Below are positions 1-12,399 of a DNA stretch of 64,000 nt, piece after piece. A model generated the notes under the pieces. It was not told the DNA's origin, made no database searches, and worked only from the letters and a program-made list of their open reading frames with translations. Both the position numbers and the translations under genes were made by a program. This DNA comes from Eledone cirrhosa (taxonomy: Eukaryota): assembly GCA_964016885.1 (NCBI GenBank), contig OZ024743.1:290408001-290472000 (forward strand), written 5' to 3'. How positions within the stretch are numbered: the first letter of the stretch is position 1; every line of letters begins with the position of its first letter.

Positions 1-3000
1 GGCAGTAATGGCTCGAGAGTCAATACGTACAAGTGGGACGAGAGGGGACATCCTTGGCGGACCGAGCGCATGATGTTGAACGGTTCCGACAGGTGACCGT
101 TCATTCTCACTACAGAGCAGATGTCGCTGTGCATGGCTGTGATCCAGCCTCTGAAGACGGGCCCAAAGCTAGCCGCCCTCAGGACTGCCGCTAGGTAACG
201 TGGTCGACCCTATCGAAGGCTTTCGACTGATCTAAATTGATCAAAGACCCACCCGAGTCAGGTTCCCTAGCTACCCTCTCTACGATGTATCGCATGGGGT
301 GCAGGTTGTCATGGATGGATCTGTCGGGAATGGCGCATGTCTGCGCCTCTCCCACCAGACCACCAACGACAAGCGCCAACCTCTTTGCTAGCACCTTGGC
401 CAAAATCTTGAACTCTGTGTTTAGCAGAGTTATGGGCCTAAAATGATCTATGTTATCCCCCTTGTTCGGATCCTTTCTCAGCAGCGCCACAGGTCCACGG
501 CTCACAGAGCTGGAAATTCTCCCGTTCTGTTGCCAGTTGCAGTAGACGTCCGCCAAGAGGCATCCTAACAAGTCTGGCATCTGTACGTAAAGTTCATAGG
601 GCAGACCATCCAAACCTGTCGATGTACCCCTTGTGCAGCTCGTCATTGCTTCCAGTACTTCAGCGGCTGTTTTTAGCTTTTTGCAACACTCCGCCTCAGT
701 GGCCGAGAGCCGCGGCAGTCCGTCGAGGTAGACACTAAAGTCCATCGCTCGATCCGGCCCGCCGCTGCTCCCGAACAACTGAGCGAAGTGTCGCTGAAAA
801 GCTTCACACATTTGCCCGTGAGCATGCGCCCGTCGTGGTCCACCAAAGACCGGATCGTGGATTTGTTGCCACGACGCGCCTCCGCCACTCGGGCCCATTG
901 AACGGCTTTCGTCCCCTCGTGTCTGAGAGCACGCACCCTAGATCTAACAACGCAGCCTTCGTGCTTTGCATTGAAGAATTGGTCAAAGGCCAATTCGCCG
1001 CAAGTACGTCGATCGCGATGCCTTTGCTAAGCGCCTCGTCTAATTTTCTAAATAATTCTCCCTCTGCTCTATTTTTCTCTATTGCTAAAGCCTTACTAAA
1101 CCTAATGGACTCTATTCTAATTGCTCTTTTCAGAGCAAACCACCACTTGTAATTGACAATGGACTCCGTCTACGCCCGCTTAACTAGTTCGCTAATCCGG
1201 TCTCTGTAGGCATTCCAGTAGCCGGGTCCTCGTCTATGAAGCCTATGTCAAGCACACAGATCACGAATTTGTGGTCCGTGTAGCTGACTATCTTGAATTG
1301 TGGACAGCCTATGCTAGACCTATCTATTTCTCTACAAAATACTCTAACTAGATATGATCTTGATGACCCTATGCGATTTGTCCAAGTCCACATTGGTACA
1401 TACGGGAAATCCAATCGGTACCTGTCAGACAGTTCAAAACGCCTGAGCAGGTTGGTGAAGGTCTTGCACCCTCCTCCCCTATCCGCTAATCCCACACAGT
1501 CCCAGCGTGCATCTAAGATGCCGTTTCAGTCGCCCACTAACACTAAAGAGCGGGACGTTCCATGAAAGGTCTCCAGACGCCGGAAGAAATCAGGCCGCCC
1601 TGCTCCTCCTGTCGGGGCATAGACGGCTACCAGCCTGAAACCTTGCCCGTCTCCGCTGGTCACGTCCTGCACCACCAACTTACCTTCTGGGTCCAGGAAG
1701 ATGGCCCGTATGGCGAGATCCAAACCTCTCCGAAAAAGCACAGCAACTCCTCACCTTGTTCCCGGACGGCTGGGAGATGCGTACGCATCGTAGCCGCTGA
1801 AGATCGGTGCGAAGGCCCGTGCTTCGGAGATTCTGGTCTCGCTGATGGCCACTACGTCTATGTTTAGTGACCTGAGGTCATTGAGCAGGTGGCCCTGCTT
1901 CCATGACGACTTCAAGCCACGCGCATTTATGCTGACTATTCTGAGTGAGGTCATGCTGAAAAGGAGTGGAAAAGATGGGAAAGACCACTTACCTTACTTC
2001 TCGTAGAGGAAGGATGGTTTGTCCATCCTTTTCACTGCTTGTGGCCTCCTCCGGAAGGATGTCCGTATAAATCCTCCTGGAGAGTGTTTGTCGGAAGTCT
2101 CCGATGTCTTTGGGGAATTTTTGTTTAAATGTCGTGTACGTTTTCTGTGTGATGCGAGTGATTTGTATGTGTGGAGGTGGTGTGAACTTTTGGGTTGTTA
2201 TGTAGTCTTTTTCTGTGATGCTGGTGCTGTGTCGCATGTAGTGTAATAATTGCTTGTTGTTCAACTTTAATGCTGTGTAGTGTGTATCGTTTTAGTTTTT
2301 TTTTTGTGTTTGTTGTGGGTTTGTTTCTCTTACGCATTTTGGTGACTTTTGTGGTGTTGGTGATGGTGGTGTTGGGGTTAATGATGTTGATTGTGTTGTT
2401 GTTTGTGGTGATGGGGTTGGTGATGCTGGTGCGGATGGTGGCATACCTGTCCTGACTTTTTTGTTTGATAATTTATTTGTTTCCCTCTGTATTTTGTTTT
2501 TGGAAGGGGAAGGAAGAGAATTTTTTCTTTGTTGTTTCTTTTTTTCTTTTTTCCTGATACCGTTTCCCACTCCGCGTCATCACAATCTGTCTCCAGTTGC
2601 TATAAGCCGGGGAGTAGAAAATCCTCCACAGGCGTTGGTATTGGTTGTGGCGTGGTGGATGGTGTAGGCGCTGGTGCTAGTTCTGAAGCGTTGGGTGGTG
2701 GTGGTGTTGTTTTTCTACTGTTGCTGGGGTTGTTTCTGTTACAGTTGCCTCTGTTGTTGCTGTTACAGTTGTTGCTGCCATTTCTGCTGCTGGTGGTGTT
2801 GATGGTTGAGTCACTGGGGTGGGTAGGAGAGGTGGCCTCAACCTTTTAGCCTGAGGGCAGAAAGCCCTTAGGTGGGTTGCTTCACCACAAACGACACAAC
2901 TAGGTCTTCTGCCCTCGACGATTACGGTGAGCTGGCTGCCGTCAGTGAGGTCTATTACCTCTGGGATCTCCTCAATGCTATTTTGGTCCGCTTGGATCAG

Positions 3001-4109
3001 GAGCTCCATCCCAGATCCGGACCAGTTCTCCTGATTTTCCTTCGCTATTTCGATTATCTTGGTGTTGGCTTCGATGCCGGCCAGGACTGAAGCTATTAGC
3101 CAGGGAATTTCGATGGCCGGTGGAACGTGGGTCACCCTGATCTTTACGAGACTCTGGCCACAATAGCTTAGGACGAGTGTGAAGTCGTCACTTCTTAATG
3201 GGGCCAAGGAGTATTATCTAGCCTCCTGTGGTGTTTCAAAGAACACGTCCATACTTCTGCCCACGTCTGACGTGGGTTTTTTTTGCCCACAGATGTTCCA
3301 AAGCATTTTTGATTTGGGACTCGGATGCACGTTCAACTCGGCGCGATTTTATATTAATTGTTCGATAAGACACGGTGCACAGGCGCTGATGGTCCATTTT
3401 ATTAGGTGGGGGGGGGGGGAACTGACCCTGTACCCATCTTCCTTTACCTTTTTTTGGCATCTTCTAATTTCTCCTGAGTTACCTGAAATGCTTCGCACTG
3501 TTTTGCTACTCTGGCAAAACTCAGAGTGGTTTTCTTAATGTCATTGTTGCTGTTGTTGCTATCGTTATTTTTGTTATTATTAATTTTAGTTCAGTTGTGC
3601 TGGTGCTGGCGTCAGTGGTGTTCGGTGTGGAAGAGTTCATTTTGGTTGAATTCATTTCGATATTACGAGTTAATTTATTTTTTTCTTTTGTTTCTGTTGT
3701 CGCGGTGGTGGTGGTGGTGGCGGCTTTAACACCTGCAGTCATTGGTAATGGCGGGAAATGAATGTCTGCCTGAGAAAAATTAAAAATATTTCTACTGCTT
3801 ATATTTTTAGTGTTGGCAAACGTAGTAATATTTACAATGGTGGTGTCGGTGTGAGGTGTTAATTCGTGAGAAAGGAGTGACTCTGAGTCAGCCATGATTT
3901 GTCAAAGAAAAATGTTTGTTTGATAATTATAAAAGTTTAAATTTTGGGCTCAAGGCCCCAATCTTTTTGGGATTCCTTTTCAGATAACAATGTTTGTGCA
4001 CTTATATACAGTTAACAATAAGAATTTTCCATGAATAGCAATTTTAAACATCTGAAAATAACAAACCTTTGCGGAGCTCACGATTATACAATTTACTACG
4101 TAGGTCGCC
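1..4109 (-). mobile_element. Tx1-like (L1-clade) non-LTR retrotransposon, copy A; 5' end intact, runs off the window, ORFs frameshifted
   Basis: ORF1 remnants with CCHC knuckle CVVCGEATHLRAFC (2677..3207). APE endonuclease motifs SINARGL, VAISETR, VYAP, LVGD, YTDH (1184..1954). RT motifs GLDGLP, FRPITLLN, LDQSKAFDRV (191..898). 5' terminus GGCGACCTACGTA is identical to copy H and abuts (AAT)n. Confidence 0.93.

Positions 4110-4159
<50 letters not shown>
4110..4159. repeat. (AAT)n microsatellite between the 5' end of copy A and the 3' end of copy B
   Basis: Perfect AAT run. Confidence 0.97.
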
Positions 4160-6426
4160 GGCTTTCTTTTTAACCACAAGGGTTTGCATAAAGTAGACAT
4201 TAAGGACAGTTCAGGACAACACAGGAAGGTACAAATGGGCCTTTCTGTGTGTAAAAAACAAAAACAGTAGATGTAAAAAAAAAAAAGAAAGAATAGGGGG
4301 GCAGACTTCTGAGAGACATTCGTGGAGAAAACCCATTCAAAAAGCCCCGGTGACACTGACCACCAGGAAAAGTGCCCTCTCCCAGCGTTCCACCTTCAAT
4401 TTACAGGCGCATACTCAGAGTAGGCCCATTCCCTCGGGCCATGGTTACCTCTCTCACCCATCTTTCAACAAAATTCTAGGAAGAGAACACTTCCCTCTCT
4501 AACCTGATTTTCCTTTCCAAATGAAATTTGAAAAAGTTAATCAGGGCATCACCGAAGAGGTAAGTGCTCGTCTTGAGCCCTTTCAAACGCATCCACCACA
4601 CTATCTCTCTCGCCATGGCCACCATACAAATAAAAACTGCCTGCCCTTCCCGGCTAGAGGAACAGGGTGGGGCAATCCTCATGAAGGACTCAGCTGATAG
4701 TGGGATCCGTCCTACATGCGACTGCTGGTGTTCGACACAAACCCACAAGTCAACAATGCTCGGACACTGGACGAGTGCGAGCAGGACGGTTTCGTTGCCC
4801 TGCGCGCAACTCGGACATGCTCGGCTGACGGCACTTCCATACCTGTAGAGTGTATTCCGAACTGGCAAAGCTCCTCGGTAGCACTGCCAGACCAGGGATT
4901 TCTGGAAGTTGTCAATAGGCGCCGGCCCGAAAGTTCTCCCGAACAGATTGGCTAGTTGATTTTCGTCGACGCTCAGAGACTCCCGAAGTACGTCCTCGCT
5001 CTTCCCCTCCACTAATCCTCTATAGACGCCGAGTTTCAGTTTCCACCGATCGCATTGCCCGACTGGTCGAAGAGGTGAGAACCTAAAGACATTCCAGTCT
5101 CTAAGCGCTCCCTTTCGGTCTTCGCTTGACCCAGGACTGCAGCTCCCTCAAGGAGACGAGCTGGGGAAACACGCGTCTAGCAAACGGGGACCACACCCGT
5201 TCACGAATGGGTGGGTTCCTTCGCCACGAACGACACACCTAGGCCATCTACCCTCAACGATTACGGGGAGGTGGCTGCCATCATTGAGGTCTATCACCTC
5301 TGGAATTTCCTGTATTTTTTGGTCCGCTTGGATCAGGAACTCCATCCCAGATCCGGACCAGTTCTCCTGCTTTAATTTTATCACCACAATTACTTTAGTG
5401 TTCGCCCCGATGTCGCCGAGGATGGCAGCCATTAGCTAGGGAATTTCAACGACCGTTGGAACCTGGGTGACCCTGATCCTTACCAGCCTCTGACTACAAT
5501 AGCTTGGGAGGAGTGTGAACTCGCCACTTTTTAATGGTGCCATGGAGTGCTCTCTTGCTTCCTCTGTGGTTCCAAAGAACACGTCCATGGTTCCAAATTT
5601 TTGCCAACGTCTGATGTGGATTTTTTTTAGCCCACATGTCACAAAGCTTTTTGTATCTGGGACTCGGATGCCCATCCCACTCGGTGCGTTTTAATATTTA
5701 TCATGCGATATGATACGGAGCATAGACGCCGATGCTCCATTATATTAGATGGGGGGTGAGGCTGACCATGTAACCATATTTTTTTACCATTCACTTAGTT
5801 TCATTCAATTCTTCCTGGCTTACATCAACCGTTTCATTTTTATTTGCCGCTTTGGCACATACACATTTGGTTTTGCGCTGGTGTTTATATTGTTGTTGTT
5901 ATTCTTATTGTTGCTGTTTTTGCTGTTGTTGTTATTGTTATTTTTGTTATTATTATTTTTAGTTTCAGTTGTGGTGGTGGTGGCGGTTGTGGTGGTGGTG
6001 ACAGTGTGTTGGTTGTTCTTTTTGACGTTGTGGTGGTGAGGATGGCGGCTTTAACACCTGTAGACGTTGGCAATGGCGGGAAATCCATGTTTGTATGTGA
6101 CAAATCTAAATAAATGCGATTGCTTTTACTTATATTTTAAGTGTTGGCATTTTTTTCTGTTGTCTGTATTTTGGTTGTCCGCTGTTATTGTTGTAGTTGG
6201 TGTGGTAATCTTTTTAAAATTAGTGTTTTCAGTGTTGTTGTCTTTATTCACGTTGTTTGTGGTGGTGTTTGTTGTATCAATTTTTGTAACCCACCTCTCA
6301 ATCTTTACGCCGTTGTCACATGACAACATACATATTGCTAGGGGGCTGAACCATGTTTTTTTTTTTTTTTTTTAAATAAAATGTTCAAATATTGTTCAAA
6401 TATTTGGGCCAAAAGGCCCAAATATT
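4160..6426 (-). mobile_element. Tx1-like copy B, internally deleted (ORF1 joined to the ORF2 C-terminus; no EN or RT)
   Basis: 3' UTR and zf-RVT-like region (4476..5012, WQCYRGALPVR, CPSC) match 56234-57300. Near 5205 the sequence switches to the ORF1 knuckle region matching about 60595 onward. Confidence 0.88.
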
Positions 6427-6440
6427 ATACTTTGGGTATA

Positions 6441-7490
6441 TGGGCCTTTCCGCAGCTCATTTCTTTCACTGAGCTGCAGTCCTGGGACAAGAAGAGACGA
6501 GACTTGGTGACTGTTACCAGGAAAGTTGCCAGGCACTCACTGCCTTCTACCAAGCGGGCAATGCGATTAGTGTAACTTCCACTCTCGAGTTCTATAGAGG
6601 ATTAGTGGTGGGCAAGTGCGTTGACGCATTAAGAGAAGGTTTGTCCTCGTCGAAGTTGGACTGGCCAGTCTGTTCCAAAGATCTTTCGAGCCGGAGACGA
6701 CAGACAATTTCCAGAAATCCCTCGCTTGGCACTGCTACCGGGGGGCACTACCGGTTCGGGATAAACTCTACAGGCACGGATGTGCTGTCAGACTGACCTA
6801 CCCGAGAAGCGCCCAGAGCGACGAAACAGTTATGCACGCACTTGTCAAATGTCAGTGCATTACTACCTTGTACAGTTATGTTGAACAGCTACTGTCGCGT
6901 GTTGAATGGACCCGGCTATCGGCCGAGGCTTATTGAAGATCGACCCGCCGCCTTCCTTTGGCCACGAAGAGCAGGCAATTTTCCTCTGCCTGGTGGCAGG
7001 TGAGAAAGATCTTATATGGTGGACCAGGTTGATATGACTGAAGATAGACACTTTTGTCTTCGGCCAATCCCTCATCAACTTCTTCAAGTTTCACCTGAAA
7101 AGGAAGGTGAGGGTGGAGAGAGAAATGCTGCCTCCCAGTACATTTGCTAAACGGAGGATGAATGTGGCGAGAATGGCCCGTGTGAATGGACCTACTCTGA
7201 CTATGCACCTATGGGCTAGGTAATTTGAGGGGAGGGGTGTTCTCCCTGTGTGCCCTAGAAGCGCAGGGTAGTTCAGGATTGGTGGGGTACCTGAGTCACC
7301 CCAGGGTCGTCCACCTCCTATAGGGGAATTTATTTTGCTATATTTAGTCATGGATTATTTTATATTTGTATATCTTCATTGTTAAATTAGTCTTGACATT
7401 CTGCACTTTTACTCGACCTTATTGTAAATCCCCACTGTCTGTGTCTTTGTATTGTACCCTACATGTCGGCCCTTGTGGCCAGTAAATGAA
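6441..7490 (+). mobile_element. Tx1-like copy C, 5'-truncated 3' fragment of a divergent subfamily
   Basis: Homology to the ORF2 C-terminal region (GACAATTTCCAGAAATCCCTCGCTTGG; AACTTCTTCAAGTTTCACCTGAAAAGGAAG). Ends CCCTTGTGGCCAGTAAATGAA followed by (TTA)n. Confidence 0.88.

Positions 7491-7530
<40 letters not shown>
7491..7530. repeat. (TTA)n microsatellite / element tail
   Basis: Perfect TTA run between copies C and D. Confidence 0.95.
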
Positions 7531-7531
<1 letters not shown>

Positions 7532-9947
7532 GGGTGTCACAGGTCCAAAGGCCTAAAACATGCAAAGCCCGATGATCGAGGTATTGCACTGTGGATGTGC
7601 TCTTCGCTACTCCGGAAGAAGCAAGAGCACACTCCATTGCGCCACTTCGGAGTGACGAAATAACAATGATGCCCACATACTGCGGCCAGAGAGTCGTGAG
7701 GGTTCGAGTAACCCAAGTTCCCACCTCAGTAGAGATCGCGGGGTTGACGGCGGCCGTCCTCGCTGACGTCGAGGATTCAACAACTATACTCGTCATCATG
7801 CGAAAAAGACAGGAGAATTGGACAGTGTCGGGATGGAGCTAATCATCCAAACAACCATGAGAGCATCGAGGCCATCCCCAATGTAATAGACCTGGACGAT
7901 GGCAGCCATATACCCGTGACTGTCGAAGGTAGGTGCCTAAGTTGTCATGGATGCGGTGACAAGACGCACCTTAAGGCCTTCTGCCCCAAACTCACAAAAA
8001 CGGGCACGCCCCCTTCTCCCTACGCCGTGCCCAAAACAGATCCAAAAACAAACAGCCAAGATCACAGTGGCAGAAGAAAAATCACTATCCCCAACAACAA
8101 AAGCACCATCTCCTCCACCACCAACAGGACCAATGGAGAGCATGCCCCTTCCCGATATTGCTAAATCTGATAAGGAGGGCGATGAGGCCGAAGGACGGAA
8201 AACCATCCCATCAAAAAAAGTAAATCTCCCTACCTTCGCACTCCAAAAAAAGAGAAGAAAGAAACAAAAAAAAAAGAAAATGAAAACGATCCCACCTCCT
8301 CCACCACCATCAACAGCCACACACTCACAACCACCTACACCATCACCAACACTACCAACACCACCACCGCCACCATTAGCATCCACCCCATCGTCACCTC
8401 AAACAATACCACAGCAAACACAGAAAGCACCAACACCCTAACAGCAGACACAATACACAGCCATAGACACAGACAACACAAAGCTTTTAAATTACTTTCA
8501 ACACCACACCAACACCACAGAAAAAAACTACGTACAGACCACCAAAATATTATCCCCCACACACATAAAAATAATAGAAATCACCCCAAAAAATTACAGG
8601 ACATTAAAAAAAGATGTTCCCCCATCAATTGGAGACTACCGAGAGAATATCACCAAAAATATATTCACAGGCATTTTCCTGGAGAAACCCGCCAGAGGTA
8701 AATTGTTTACTTTGCCCCTCTCACTTGTTTTCCTCCTATCCTAGCCACATTGCTTCTCTTAGGAGAGGTAGCATAAATGCACGTGGCCTGGGGTCGTCTT
8801 GGAAGCTCAACGATCTAAGGTCGCTAAACATAGATGTTGTGGCCATCAGCGAGACCAGAATCTCCTAGGCACGGGAATTCGCACTCATTTTCGGCGGCTA
8901 CGAGGTGTACACATCTCCAAGTCGTCCTGGATCTGGGGGATGTTGGGGGGGGGGGGGATGTGTGTTCCGGAGAAGTCTGGATATCGAGATACGGGCCGTA
9001 TTCTTGGACCCAGAAGGTAAGTTTGTGGTGCTGGACGTGATCACCGGAGAAGGGCAAGCTTTCAGGCTAGTGGCCTTCTATGCCCCAAGAGGAGCAGGAC
9101 TGCCTGACTTCTTCCGGCTTCTGGAGAATTTACTTGGAACGTCCTGCTCTTCAGTGTTAGTGAGCGATTGGAACGGGATCTTAGATCAACGCTGGGATTG
9201 TGTGGTATTAGCGGATAGGGGAGGAGGGTGTAAAAGCCTCGCAAACTTGCTCAGTCGTTTTCAACTGTCTGACCGGTACCTGTCCGAGATTTGCGCAGGG
9301 CGATGAAACCGTCCTGCACGCACTCGTCCAGTGTACGAGCATTGCTGACTTGTGGGTTTATGTCGAACATCTGCTGTCGAGTGGAGAATGGATCCGGCTA
9401 TCAGCTGAGTCAATCGTCAGAATTGCCTCGCCGCCTTCCTTTAGCCGGGAAGGGCATGCAGTTTCATCTGCCTGGTGGCCATGGTAAAAGAGATCGTATT
9501 GTGGACACGTCTGAAAGGGTTGAAGAAAAGTACTTTACTCTTCGGTGACGCCCTCATTAAGCTTTTCTGGTTTCACCTGAAAAAGGAAAATCAGAGTGGA
9601 AAGGGAAGTGCTGCCTTCCAGCCAGTTTGTTGAAAGGTGTGTAAGAAAGGCAAGAATGGCCCGTGTAAATGGGCCTGCCCTGAGCGTGTGCCTGTAGCTT
9701 AGTTGGAAGAAAAGTGGAAGAGGGCACTCGCCCTAGCGATCAGGGTAAACCGTGGCTTTCTTGTGTAGCCTCGGAGGTCTCTGCCCCCCCCCCCCTAATG
9801 GGGAATTTTTCATTGTTTTCTTTTTTTGATACATCTTCTGTTTTTGTTTTTTTTTACACGCCAAAATACCCATTTGCACGGACCTGTAATGTCCTGTGCT
9901 GTCCTTAATGTTATATTTTGTTTCAACCCTTGTGGTTAATAAAAAAA
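7531..9947 (+). mobile_element. Tx1-like copy D: partial ORF1 and endonuclease, RT deleted, 3' end present
   Basis: MDVLFATPEEARAH and CHGCGDKTHLKAFC (ORF1). SINARGL, VAISETR, FYAP, SDWN (EN). Jumps near 9285 to the zf-RVT region. Ends CCCTTGTGGTTAATAAAAAAAGC. Confidence 0.88.
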
Positions 9948-12052
9948 GCAGAGTTCAAGATTTTGGCCAAGGTGTTAGCAACGATGTTGGGGCTAGTCGT
10001 CGAGGGTCTGGTGGGAGAGGCGCAGACATGCGCCATTCCGGACTGATCCATATACGACAACCTCCACCTCATGCGATACATCTTAGAGAGTGTGGTTAAG
10101 GAACCCGGCATGGGTGTGGCCCTGATCAACTTGTATCAATCCAAAGCATACGATTGGGTCGACCATCGGTACCTGGCCGCGGTCCTCGAGGCAGCCGGTT
10201 TCGGACCCGTTTTAAGGGGTTGGATCGCTGCTATGTACAGCGACATCTGCTCACATGTGAGGGTGAACGGTCACCTGTCGGAGCCGTTCAGAATCATGCG
10301 CTCGATCCACCATGGTTGTCTCCTCTCGTCCCTCCTGTTCCTATTGGCTCGCGAGCCGTTACTGCACAAACAGGGGCAAAGAGGGGCGTCCCACGCGAAC
10401 TAGGATGCGGGATATACGAGTCGGCTTACGCCGACGACGTCACCATGGTGGTGTCGAGCAGCAGACATCTCCAGATGCTCGGCACCGCACTCAAGGAATA
10501 CGAAGCGGTGACAGGAGCAAAGATAAACCAGGAAAAGCCGGTGGGTTTGCAAATCGGCCCTGGAGAGGCAAGTACATGCCGTCCGACAGCGTCGTGCGGC
10601 GTTGGACGGACGGACCGGTTAAATTGCTCGGGGTCTGCTTCGGACCGGATCTCCAGATGGAGAAAAGCTGGAGGGAGGTGACGAGCAGGGTGGCCTCCCT
10701 CACCCAGAAATGGGCCGAGAGGAAGCTGTCACTGAAAGGCCGGGTGGAAGTGGTGAATGCGTACATCGCGTCCGTCATCTGCTACCGCCTCACCGTCGTC
10801 CCTTGCCCCGGCCCAACTCTCACCAAAATGGAGCGTCTCCTCGTCCGCTTTTTCTGGAAGGGACGCACTCCCATGGTCAGACGATCCATCTGCTGTCAAC
10901 ACCTGTTGCGTGGAGGACTGGGCATGCCATGGCTGATAATGCGCAAATGCGCTGTGTCTGCGACATCTCTGGTGCTTCCTTGACGGTGAACAAGTGTGGT
11001 CGCCGTTCTCCAGGCACGTTTTCCCACAGCTCGTCTCCTTGATGGAACTGCAGTCCAGGGTGAGGAAAAGACCGAGGTATAACTCTTTGAAACTGAAATG
11101 TTTCCAGGCGTTCGATGCCCTCTGCCAGCTGGGCACCAGTATCGGTGGAACATCCACCTCATCGTTCTATAGAGGACTAGTGGAGGGGAAGAGCGAAGAC
11201 GTTCTCGGAGAGATCCTGGGCGTCGAAGAAAATCAGCTGTTTGCTTTCTTCCAGAGAAATGTTAGCCCAGGGCCTATGGATAACTTCCAGAAATCTCTGG
11301 CCTGGCAGTGCTACCGGGGAGATTTGCAGGTTCGAGATAAGCTCTACTGGCACGGAATTGCCGTCAGCAGAGCCAGTCCGAGAGGCGCGCAGAGCGACGA
11401 ACCGTCGTGCACGCACCCGCTCTGTGGCCGAGCATTGCTGACTTGTGGAGGTATGTCGAACAGTAGCTGTCGCGTGTAGGACCCATCCGGTTATCGACTG
11501 AGTTCATGGTGCAGATGGTCTCGCCGTCTTCCTTCGAGGAGGAAGGGCAGTAGGTTTTCATTTGCCTGGTGGCCATGGCGAAAGAGATTGTGTGGTGAAC
11601 AAGGTTGAGAGGGTTAAAGACAGACACTTTCCTCTTCGGCGAATCCCTGATTAACTTTTTCAAGTTTCACTTGAAGAGGAAAATCAGGGTGGAGAGGCAA
11701 GGGCTGTCTCTTAGCAAGTTTGTTGAAAAGTGGGTGAATGTAGCGAAAATGTACCGAGTGAACGGGACCGCTATATATACGCTTGTAGGTTGAGGAATAA
11801 ACAAAAATTGAGAGAGGGCGTTTGCTCTTGTGGTCAGGGTGGCCGTTGTCCTTCGTGTGGTTTTCGCCACGAGTAACCCTCGGAGGTTTCCCCCCTATTG
11901 GGAATTTTTCATTGTTTCACTTTTCATTTTATTGTTTATATATATATATGTTTCGATGTCTTTTTTTTTCTTTTCTTATATAAATAATAAAAATCTTTAC
12001 ACACACAAAACCCACATCGTACCGTTCTGTGCCGTCTGTAATGTTTTTCTTG
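9948..12052 (+). mobile_element. Tx1-like copy E, 5'-truncated inside RT
   Basis: RT motifs QSKAYDWV and SAYADDVT, LSLKGRV, RGGLGMP, and the zf-RVT region (10071..11793), followed by a 3' UTR. Confidence 0.92.
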
Positions 12053-12140
12053 ATGGCTCGATAAAATCAAGTACCAGTAATACACTGGTATAATTGCTGG
12101 CCTTGTGCCATAGGTAGAAACCATTATTATTATTATTATT
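12053..12140 (+). mobile_element. SINE 3' tail fragment with (ATT)n
   Basis: TCGATAAAATCAAGTACCAGTAATACACTGG...GCTGGCCTTGTGCCATAGGTAGAAACCATTATT matches the 3' half of the SINE at 29737-29925. Confidence 0.85.
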
Positions 12141-12169
12141 ATCATCATCATTATCATCATCATTATTGT

Positions 12170-12368
12170 TTGGCAGTATCAGTAGAGCGTCAGACACCAT
12201 GGCTCTTTATGTTCTGATTTCAAATCCCGTCGAGGTTATCTTTCCCTCTCATCCTTACGGGTTGATATTATAAAGCACCAGTAATACACTGGGGTCTAAT
12301 TAATCGAATTTCTCCTCTCCACAAATTACTGCCCTCGTGCCTATAGTATAAATTAATATAATTATTAT
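12170..12368 (+). mobile_element. Degenerate tRNA-derived SINE
   Basis: TGGCAGTATC A-box-like head, TTCAAATCCC B-box remnant, CATCCTTACGGG central motif. Confidence 0.75.
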
Positions 12369-12399
12369 TTTGACAATCCACATTAAACAGGTAAAGGAG

